From positions 1 to 14,849 of the forward strand of contig JBNKUM010000052.1 of the NCBI GenBank assembly GCA_050298595.1: a stretch of DNA of 14,849 nt, given 5' to 3'. Below are positions 8,199-14,849 of this stretch, piece by piece. Both the position numbers and the translations under genes were made by a program. The notes beneath the pieces are model-generated. The model did not search any database. It saw only the letters and a list, made by a program, of their open reading frames with translations, and had not been told where the DNA came from. Source of the stretch: Gammaproteobacteria bacterium. Lineage in GTDB: Bacteria; Pseudomonadota; Gammaproteobacteria; GCA-001735895. Positions within the stretch are counted from its first letter, which is position 1. Each line of letters begins with the position of its first letter.

Positions 8199-8866
8199 AT
8201 GAAGTCGCACAACAAATAGTTAAAGGCTGGTCGCGCGAACAGATGGCCGAACAGGTTGCTCTGGATATACCTGATGGCTCCTACGTCAACCTGGGTATCG
8301 GCATTCCTGAGCTGGTGGCAAAGTTTGCTCCCGAGGGACGTGAGTTCATCTATCACACCGAGAATGGCTTATTGGGTATGGGGCCAGAGCCAGCCACCGG
8401 TGAGCAGGATCATGAACTGATCAATGCTGGCAAAAAAGCCGTCACCATCATTCCTGGCGGCTGTTATTTCCACCATGCCGATAGCTTCACCATGATACGC
8501 GGTGGTCATATCGATGTCTGTGTGCTGGGAGCGATGCAGGTATCAGAAAAAGGCGATCTGGCTAACTGGTCGACTGGAGCGCCCGATGCCATTCCTGCCG
8601 TTGGAGGGGCAATGGATCTGGTCGCAGGTGTCAAAAACATATACGTCATAACCCAGCACACAACCAAAAATGGTGAGCCGAAGATCGTCAGGCAATGCAG
8701 CTATCCACTAACAGGCCCCGAAGTTGTTTCGCGCATCTACACTGATTTGTGCGTCATAGATGTAAGCGATCAAGGTCTTAAGGTATTGAAACTTGCCCCC
8801 GGTATCAGTTTTGATGAAGTCTGCGACAAAACCGATGCGCCATTAATTCCTCCCAAAGGAGTATAA
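8195..8866 (+). CDS. pcaJ: 3-oxoadipate (3-oxoacid) CoA-transferase subunit B
   Basis: YVNLGIGIP, HTENG (catalytic Glu), LINAGK, MIRGGH and GDLANWSTG..DAIPAVGGAMDL. ATGA overlap with subunit A. Confidence 0.88.
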   Translation: MNEVAQQIVKGWSREQMAEQVALDIPDGSYVNLGIGIPELVAKFAPEGREFIYHTENGLLGMGPEPATGEQDHELINAGKKAVTIIPGGCYFHHADSFTMIRGGHIDVCVLGAMQVSEKGDLANWSTGAPDAIPAVGGAMDLVAGVKNIYVITQHTTKNGEPKIVRQCSYPLTGPEVVSRIYTDLCVIDVSDQGLKVLKLAPGISFDEVCDKTDAPLIPPKGV

Positions 8867-8869
8867 GAA

Positions 8870-10180
8870 ATGAATTCCCCAATCAGTGCCGCTCTGTTTG
8901 AACGTGCACAAAAAGTCCTTCCAGGCGGGGTAAGCAGAGATACGCTGAAGCGTGGAGCACATCCCCTTTACGTAAGCCATGGCAAAGGTTGCATGGTTAC
9001 CGATGTCGATGGTGTTGAGCGCATCGATTTTGCCAACAATATGGCTTCCCATATCCACGGACATGCATTTGGACCCATCGTCGAAGCAGTCTCCAGGCAA
9101 CTACAACTTGGCACAGCCTTTACCATGGCGACAGAAGCAGAAGTACTGTTTGCAGAACAGCTATGTTCTCGCTGTGACAGCTTCGATAAGGTCCGCTTTA
9201 TGAATTCAGGCACCGAGGCCGTGATGGCCGGAATGAAGGCAGCACGAGCTTTTACCGGCAAACACAAAATTGCCAAGGTCGAAGGTAGCTACCACGGCGC
9301 CTACGACTATGCTGAAGTCAGCCAGGCTCCAACTCCCGGCAACTGGGGGTCACTGGATCATCCCAATTCGGTGCCACTAGCACAGGGGACGCCTAAATCG
9401 GTTGCTGAAGATATGGTGATCCTGCCCTTCAACGAGCCCGCCAAAGCCCTTGCACGGCTAGAGCAGCATAAAGATGAAATCGCCTGCGTGCTTATTGATC
9501 CTGTACCTCATCGCATCGGTATGTCTCAGGTTAACAGTGAATTTGTTGAGGCAATCGATCAATGGTGTAAAGCCAATAATTCATTATTCATGTTCGATGA
9601 AGTCATCACCTTCCGTACCGAATTTGGTGGTGCGCAACAACGTTTTAAGGTCACGCCAGATCTAACCTCAATGGGTAAAATGATCGGTGGTGGTTTTCCG
9701 GTCGGGGCACTGGCTGGTCGAGATGAGGTGATGCAAGTATTCAGCAATGGACGCCTGCCCCACTCAGGCACTTTTTCAGCCAACCCAGTTACCATGACAG
9801 CAGGTCGTGTTGCGATGGAATATTATGACCAGCAGGCCGTTGCCCGACTCAACCAACTGGGCGATTATGCTAGGGATTGCCTGAGGTCGGCGATTCAAAC
9901 CGCCGATGTCGCCGCAAGCGTAACGGGCGCAGGCTCTTTGCTAAGGCTGCACATGAAGCCAGAGGTTCCTGCTAACTTTCGCGAAGCACATACAAACAAC
10001 ATTGAAAAACAGGCACTCACCCAGTTCATTAATGATTTGTATGATGATGGCATCATGATGATCCATACCGGGGCAGCAGCGCTTTCAACAGCTATGGGTG
10101 AAGCAGAAATCGACCGTCTGGCCGAAGCTGTGCTTAAATCCTTACGTAATATCAAACCACTACTGACGCAGGCAGCATGA
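8870..10180 (+). CDS. Class-III PLP aminotransferase, glutamate-1-semialdehyde aminomutase-like fold (probable beta-amino acid transaminase)
   Basis: 436 aa with LPGGVSR, NSGTEA, GSYHG, FDEVITFR, GKMIGGGFPVGA (PLP Lys) and HSGTFSAN. It lacks the HemL GGVNSPVRA motif. Confidence 0.85.
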   Translation: MNSPISAALFERAQKVLPGGVSRDTLKRGAHPLYVSHGKGCMVTDVDGVERIDFANNMASHIHGHAFGPIVEAVSRQLQLGTAFTMATEAEVLFAEQLCSRCDSFDKVRFMNSGTEAVMAGMKAARAFTGKHKIAKVEGSYHGAYDYAEVSQAPTPGNWGSLDHPNSVPLAQGTPKSVAEDMVILPFNEPAKALARLEQHKDEIACVLIDPVPHRIGMSQVNSEFVEAIDQWCKANNSLFMFDEVITFRTEFGGAQQRFKVTPDLTSMGKMIGGGFPVGALAGRDEVMQVFSNGRLPHSGTFSANPVTMTAGRVAMEYYDQQAVARLNQLGDYARDCLRSAIQTADVAASVTGAGSLLRLHMKPEVPANFREAHTNNIEKQALTQFINDLYDDGIMMIHTGAAALSTAMGEAEIDRLAEAVLKSLRNIKPLLTQAA

Positions 10181-11385
10181 TGACTGAAGCCTATATATGT
10201 GATGCCGTACGTACCCCAATTGGTCGTTATGGCGGTAGTCTATCCTCTATACGTGCAGATGACCTGGGCGCCTTGCCGCTTAAGGCTTTGATGCAAAGAA
10301 ATCCTGACATGGACTTGCGCAGTATCGACGACGTAATCTTTGGATGTGCCAATCAGGCCGGTGAAGACAATCGAAATGTTGCGCGCATGTCCTCTCTGCT
10401 GGCTGGATTACCGGTCGATGCCTCCGCGATGACCATCAACCGACTTTGTGGTTCTGGTATGGATGCCGTGGGTACCGCAGCGCGCGCTATCAAGTCTGGT
10501 GATACACAGCTAATGATTGCCGGTGGTGTAGAAAGCATGACTCGTGCCCCTTTTGTTTTACCCAAGGCAAACGCGGCTTTTTCCCGCAGCAACGAGCTAT
10601 ACGACACGACCATGGGCTGGCGCTTTGTCAACCGGTTAATGCAACAGGAGTATGGTGTTGAATCTATGCCGGAAACAGCAGAAAACGTGGCCGAAGAATT
10701 TTCTATCTCACGCGCAGACCAGGATCTGTTTGCCTATCGCTCTCAAATGAAGACTGCCCGCGCTCAGGATGCCGGTATCCTAGCTGAAGAAATCATCCCG
10801 GTATCCATTGAGCAACGCAAAGCCGAGCCAATTATTTTTGATACCGATGAACACCCTCGTTCGGATACTAAGCTGGAAAAACTGGCTACCCTGAAAGCCC
10901 CCTTTCGTGAAGGTGGTTCTGTTACAGCGGGCAATGCCTCCGGCATCAACGATGGTGCCTGCGCTATTATCATCGCGTCAAAATCTGCGGCAGAGAAAAA
11001 TATGCTAACGCCCAAAGCTCGAATCGTCGCGATGGCATGTGCGGGTGTACCGCCCCGCATTATGGGGGTCGGCCCCATTAAAGCGGTGCAAAAAATCATG
11101 CATCAAACCGGTTTAACACTAACCGATATGGATGTCATTGAACTGAACGAGGCTTTTGCGGCTCAAGCCCTGGCATGTACCCGTGGTCTGGGTCTGGCTG
11201 ATGATGACGCTCGAATCAACCCGAATGGCGGTGCTATTGCACTGGGTCATCCTCTGGGTATGAGTGGAGCTCGTCTGATCTCTACAGCGACTTATCAGCT
11301 GCAGCGCACACAGGGACGATATGCCTTGTGCAGTATGTGTATTGGCGTTGGCCAGGGCATTGCAATCATCCTCGAACGTATTTAA
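10177..11385 (+). CDS. pcaF: 3-oxoadipyl-CoA thiolase (PcaF/PaaJ family)
   Basis: RTPIGRYGG, GCANQAGEDNRNVARM, NRLCGSG (catalytic Cys), DTTMGWRFVN, SMPETAENVA, NEAFA, GHPLGMSG and CIGVGQG. ATGA overlap with the upstream gene. Confidence 0.92.
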   Translation: MMTEAYICDAVRTPIGRYGGSLSSIRADDLGALPLKALMQRNPDMDLRSIDDVIFGCANQAGEDNRNVARMSSLLAGLPVDASAMTINRLCGSGMDAVGTAARAIKSGDTQLMIAGGVESMTRAPFVLPKANAAFSRSNELYDTTMGWRFVNRLMQQEYGVESMPETAENVAEEFSISRADQDLFAYRSQMKTARAQDAGILAEEIIPVSIEQRKAEPIIFDTDEHPRSDTKLEKLATLKAPFREGGSVTAGNASGINDGACAIIIASKSAAEKNMLTPKARIVAMACAGVPPRIMGVGPIKAVQKIMHQTGLTLTDMDVIELNEAFAAQALACTRGLGLADDDARINPNGGAIALGHPLGMSGARLISTATYQLQRTQGRYALCSMCIGVGQGIAIILERI

Positions 11386-11412
11386 TTTAACACCCTAACT
11401 CAGGAAAAAATT

Positions 11413-12915
11413 ATGTCTTATTCTGAAATTTTTAAAAACCTTGGTTTTGAATCGAGTGAATACCAGAGCGGTACTTTAAGTGTTCATTCCCCAATCGATG
11501 GAACTCTTATTGCGAACGTACCCGAGATCAGTTCGCAAGAAATGGAGGCTACTATTGAGCGATCCAGAGTCGCATTCGAAGAATGGAAAAGCGTACCCGC
11601 ACCCCGTCGAGGCGAGCTGGTGAGATTACTCGGCGAAGAATTGCGTAAATCGAAGGATGATCTTGGCAAACTGGTTACCCTGGAATGTGGAAAAATCTAC
11701 ACCGAAGGCCTGGGCGAAGTTCAGGAAATGATAGATATCTGTGATTTTGCCGTCGGACTTTCACGTCAGCTCTACGGTCTGACCATCGCATCCGAACGTC
11801 CTGGACATTCTATGCGTGAAACCTGGCATCCTCTTGGCCCGGTCGGGGTGATTAGCGCGTTTAACTTCCCGGTTGTCGTTTGGTCATGGAACACCGCAAT
11901 TGCCCTGGTTTGTGGCAACAGCTTAATCTGGAAGCCATCTGAAAAATCGCCATTGACAGCCATGGCCTGCGCAAAAATTCTCGAACGTGCTTTGGCCCGT
12001 TTCGGTGAGGCACCTGCAAACCTTCACCAGCTAGCCATAGGCGGACGTGAAGTCGGTGAAACCCTGGTAGCAAGCAACAAGGTCGCCCTGATCAGTGCAA
12101 CCGGCAGTACTCGCATGGGCAAGGCTGTTGGTCCTAAGGTTGCCGAGCGCTTCGGTCGCTCAATCCTTGAGCTGGGTGGTAACAATGCAATGATCGTGAC
12201 AGCTTCCGCTGATCTTGATATGGCCGTGCGCGCCATCCTCTTTAGTGCAGTCGGTACCTGTGGGCAACGCTGCACATCCCTGCGTCGCCTCATCGTACAC
12301 AAAGATGTTAAAGATCAACTGCTACCAAAAGTCAAAAAGGCTTACGCAAGCGTCAACATCGGTAATCCGCTTGATGGCGATAATCTGGTAGGCCCTCTGA
12401 TCGATGAGGATGCATACAAGGCTATGCAAAATGCCCTGCAAAATGCACAAAGTGAAGGCGCTACTGTTACGGGTGGTAGACGTACATTACTCGCCGAATA
12501 CCCAGAAGCCTATTATATCGAACCGGCCGTTGTCGAAATGCCGAGCCAGAGCGAAGTGGTCAAAAATGAAACCTTTGCCCCGATTCTGTATGTCATGGAA
12601 TACGAAGACCTTGATGATGCCATTCATATGCAGAATGATGTCCCGCAAGGCCTCTCCTCCTGCATCTTTTCAACCGATTTGCGTGAAGCTGAATACTTCA
12701 TCTCCGCAACAGGCTCCGATTGTGGTATTGCCAACGTGAATATCGGTCCCAGTGGCGCTGAAATCGGTGGAGCCTTTGGCGGTGAAAAAGAAACCGGCGG
12801 TGGTCGGGAATCTGGTTCAGATGCGTGGAAAGGCTATATGCGTCGGCAGACAAATACGGTAAATTACTCCCGAGAACTCCCATTAGCTCAGGGAGTGGAA
12901 TTTAATCTGGATTAA
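11413..12915 (+). CDS. amaB: ALDH7-family aldehyde dehydrogenase: piperideine-6-carboxylate / 2-aminoadipate semialdehyde dehydrogenase
   Basis: PAPRRGELVR, GEVQEMIDICDFAVGLSRQLYG, ELGGNN (ALDH7 signature), GTCGQRCT (catalytic Cys) and GAEIGGAFGGEKETGGGRESGSDAWK. Confidence 0.9.
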   Translation: MSYSEIFKNLGFESSEYQSGTLSVHSPIDGTLIANVPEISSQEMEATIERSRVAFEEWKSVPAPRRGELVRLLGEELRKSKDDLGKLVTLECGKIYTEGLGEVQEMIDICDFAVGLSRQLYGLTIASERPGHSMRETWHPLGPVGVISAFNFPVVVWSWNTAIALVCGNSLIWKPSEKSPLTAMACAKILERALARFGEAPANLHQLAIGGREVGETLVASNKVALISATGSTRMGKAVGPKVAERFGRSILELGGNNAMIVTASADLDMAVRAILFSAVGTCGQRCTSLRRLIVHKDVKDQLLPKVKKAYASVNIGNPLDGDNLVGPLIDEDAYKAMQNALQNAQSEGATVTGGRRTLLAEYPEAYYIEPAVVEMPSQSEVVKNETFAPILYVMEYEDLDDAIHMQNDVPQGLSSCIFSTDLREAEYFISATGSDCGIANVNIGPSGAEIGGAFGGEKETGGGRESGSDAWKGYMRRQTNTVNYSRELPLAQGVEFNLD

Positions 12916-12927
12916 TTAGGGCCTGTA

Positions 12928-13075
12928 CTGAATGGCACTTACTTAAGGGCAAAATGTCATCGCGAGCGTCAGCGCGGCGATCTCTAACCTTGTCGAAGCC
13001 TCACTGACGAAGAGATTGCCGCGTCGCAAGCTCCTCGCAATGACCGCATATCAGCCTTAAGTAAGTGCCATTCAG
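12928..13075. mobile_element. 148-bp MITE-like element with perfect 21-bp terminal inverted repeats and an internal palindrome
   Basis: CTGAATGGCACTTACTTAAGG (12928-12948) is the exact reverse complement of CCTTAAGTAAGTGCCATTCAG (13055-13075). The element has no coding capacity. Confidence 0.75.
12956..13044. repeat. Internal GTCATYGCGAG...CTCGCAATGAC palindromic repeat (resembles widespread RPE-like elements)
   Basis: GTCATCGCGAG (12956-12966) pairs with CTCGCAATGAC (13034-13044) with one mismatch. CGCGGCGATCTCT (12973-12985) pairs with AGAGATTGCCGCG (13011-13023) with one G-T pair. Confidence 0.7.
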
Positions 13076-13124
13076 GTCTGTTCGGTGTTAACACGTATTA
13101 ACAGGACCCAGGACGAAGTACGGT

Positions 13125-14405
13125 ATGACAACATTCAACGAGAAAAATTTATGGCGCGATAGCGCCCAGAATATCAACAGCTATACCGCTCTGGAGCAGG
13201 ACATAGATGTTGATGTGGTGATTATCGGTGGAGGCTTTAGCGGCCTGTCTGCGGCCTTGCGCCTGGCCGAAAACAAACACAGTGTTGCCGTGCTGGAAGC
13301 CCATGACATTGGTTATGGGGGCAGCGGACGCAATGTTGGACTGGTTAACGCCGGGCTATGGTTGAAGCCGGATGAGATAACGCAGCATATGGGGCAGCAG
13401 TATGGTGATCGACTCATCCACTTTTTGGGTAATGCACCGCAACAGGTATTTAAGATCATCGAAAAATATGGCATTGACTGCGAAGCACGGCATAACGGTA
13501 CGCTGCACTGTGCTGATAGTGAAAAAGCAAGAAATGAGCTGTTTCAACGCCAGCAGCAATGGTCAAAGTATGGGGTTTCGCTTGATTTACTCAGCCAGAA
13601 CGAAACAGAGCGATTAACCGGAACAGACAAATTCTGTGCTGCGTTGCATGATAAGCGAGCGGGAACTATTCAGCCTTTTAGTTACGCCTGTGGTCTGGCA
13701 CAGAATGCATCGGCTCTAGGGGCTTCTATCTTTTGTAATAGCCCCGTGCTTTCGGTTTCACGACAGGGCTCCAACTGGCAGGTCAAGACAGCCAGAGGCA
13801 GTGTCACTGCGCAAAAGATCATATCTGCTACCGGTACCTACGGCCAGAACACAGCAGACTATGAAGTACCAAAGACTACGGCGCTATACTTTTTCCAGAT
13901 GGCGACCGAACCCCTGAGCGATGCTTTACAAAAGGAAATACTACCCGAAAAGCATGGTGCCTGGGATACCCGGCAAGTTCTCTCCTCATTTCGAATGAAC
14001 GATGAAGGGCGTATGATTATCGGTAGTATTGGCAATCTGGATAATGCCTCATATGACGTTCATAGAGCCTGGGCCAGCCGTAAATTAGGTCAACTCTACC
14101 CACAGCTGAAAGGTGTGCCATTCACGCATGAATGGTACGGCAGGATCGGACTGACCAATAACAATATTCCACGACTAGCTCAGCCCCATCCCGACTGGTT
14201 ATCGATATGGGGATACAACGGCCGTGGTATAGGCCCCGGCACGGTGTTTGGACGTCTGCTCGCTGATCTGCTCATGTCTGGTAGTGTCGATGTCGAGCTT
14301 CCACTTCCGTACAGTAAACTCCAGGCTGAAAAATTTATCGGTCTGCAAAGCTTTGCCATCGAATTTGGCGCAACTGCCTACCATGCAGGGAAGGCTCGTT
14401 TTTAA
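13125..14405 (+). CDS. amaA: FAD-dependent oxidoreductase, DadA/DAO family; probable L-pipecolate oxidase/dehydrogenase
   Basis: DVVIIGGGFSG (FAD binding), GGSGRNVGLVNAGLW, DKRAGTIQP and GYNGRGIGPGTVFG. It follows amaB, as in known pipecolate clusters. Confidence 0.78.
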   Translation: MTTFNEKNLWRDSAQNINSYTALEQDIDVDVVIIGGGFSGLSAALRLAENKHSVAVLEAHDIGYGGSGRNVGLVNAGLWLKPDEITQHMGQQYGDRLIHFLGNAPQQVFKIIEKYGIDCEARHNGTLHCADSEKARNELFQRQQQWSKYGVSLDLLSQNETERLTGTDKFCAALHDKRAGTIQPFSYACGLAQNASALGASIFCNSPVLSVSRQGSNWQVKTARGSVTAQKIISATGTYGQNTADYEVPKTTALYFFQMATEPLSDALQKEILPEKHGAWDTRQVLSSFRMNDEGRMIIGSIGNLDNASYDVHRAWASRKLGQLYPQLKGVPFTHEWYGRIGLTNNNIPRLAQPHPDWLSIWGYNGRGIGPGTVFGRLLADLLMSGSVDVELPLPYSKLQAEKFIGLQSFAIEFGATAYHAGKARF

Positions 14406-14704
14406 TTAACATAGCTCTGTAGCAAAATCATGTTAAGTCATTTCTTATGGATACACTCACCCGACAAAGTCGATTCTTGGTTTACCTAAAAGTCGGATTA
14501 TTTTTGTTTTTCTAAAGGATAAAGATATGAACATGATTATTGAAACTACTAACCTGAATTTACGGTTCGAAATAGCAAAAAGCTGACATTTTAATGTTTA
14601 TCTCAGATATCTGCTATCAACCCTAAGTTGCCGTTTAGGAAACATAAAAGTGAGCTGTAATACTCGAAAAATACTTGATCATAAATCGAAGACCTGACCA
14701 TACA

Positions 14705-14849
14705 TTTTCCGTTATTGTCTCAAATACGTTTCAAGAAGCTGAACCCTTGATTTCTAGATTCTCGCTTAGGAATGTCAATAAACCGCGATCTGTCCCCTAT
14801 TATTGCTATTTCAGCTCAGATATCAGAGGCGGCTCCGGTGACCATATAC
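14705..14849 (-). pseudogene. Possible degraded short-chain dehydrogenase (SDR) N-terminal remnant
   Basis: The minus frame from 14848 reads YMVTGAASDI*AEIA...IDIPKRESRNQG...KRI*DNNGK. This resembles the SDR VTGAASGIGAEIA Rossmann motif, with in-frame TGA at 14816-14818 and 14720-14722. Confidence 0.4.

Noticed and set aside
8870-10180. Annotation as hemL (glutamate-1-semialdehyde 2,1-aminomutase)
   Set aside because: It has the same fold but lacks the GGVNSPVRA motif, and the context is catabolic rather than tetrapyrrole synthesis.
7488-11385. Aromatic (protocatechuate/catechol/phenylacetate) degradation cluster
   Set aside because: There are no ring-cleavage, lactone hydrolase, paa or IclR/PcaR genes in the window. 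The neighbours are amino-acid enzymes. An additional aromatic role in trans cannot be excluded.
544-14384. Many 60-150 aa antisense or alternate-frame ORFs inside the main genes (e.g. 5953-6318, 7289-7690, 7755-8210, 10764-11099, 12404-12739)
   Set aside because: They overlap well-supported CDSs and show no motifs, as expected for shadow ORFs.
14406-14436. Possible terminator TTAACAT...ATGTTAA after amaA
   Set aside because: The 7-bp stem is AT-rich with a large loop and no adjacent U-tract, too weak to call.
1-14849. CRISPR array, tRNA/rRNA, transposase or integrase
   Set aside because: I saw no regularly spaced direct repeats, cloverleaf or rRNA-like segments, or recombinase ORFs.

Overview
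Bacterial (probably proteobacterial) window with about 12 CDSs. The left end holds a truncated FadN-like 3-hydroxyacyl-CoA dehydrogenase/enoyl-CoA hydratase and an acyl-CoA synthetase. The rest is a lysine/pipecolate catabolic locus. An L-lysine 6-aminotransferase-like gene (minus strand) is divergent from an Lrp/AsnC regulator, followed by a GcvA-type LysR regulator. Then comes a tightly coupled + strand operon: KamA-family radical-SAM/PLP aminomutase, pcaI, pcaJ, a class-III (beta-type) aminotransferase, pcaF, ALDH7/AmaB and an AmaA-like flavin oxidoreductase. The main hypothesis (inference) is a lysine route I do not recognise as described: lysine/pipecolate -> 2-aminoadipate -> 3-aminoadipate -> 3-oxoadipate -> succinyl-CoA + acetyl-CoA. 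Active-site substitutions in the aminomutase fit an acidic substrate. Non-coding features include a 148-bp MITE-like nested palindrome inside the operon, a REP-like element carrying four GGA-loop (CsrA/RsmA-type) hairpins, a LysR box, and probable gene remnants at the right end. All family assignments come from motif recognition and recalled reference sequences, not database searches.
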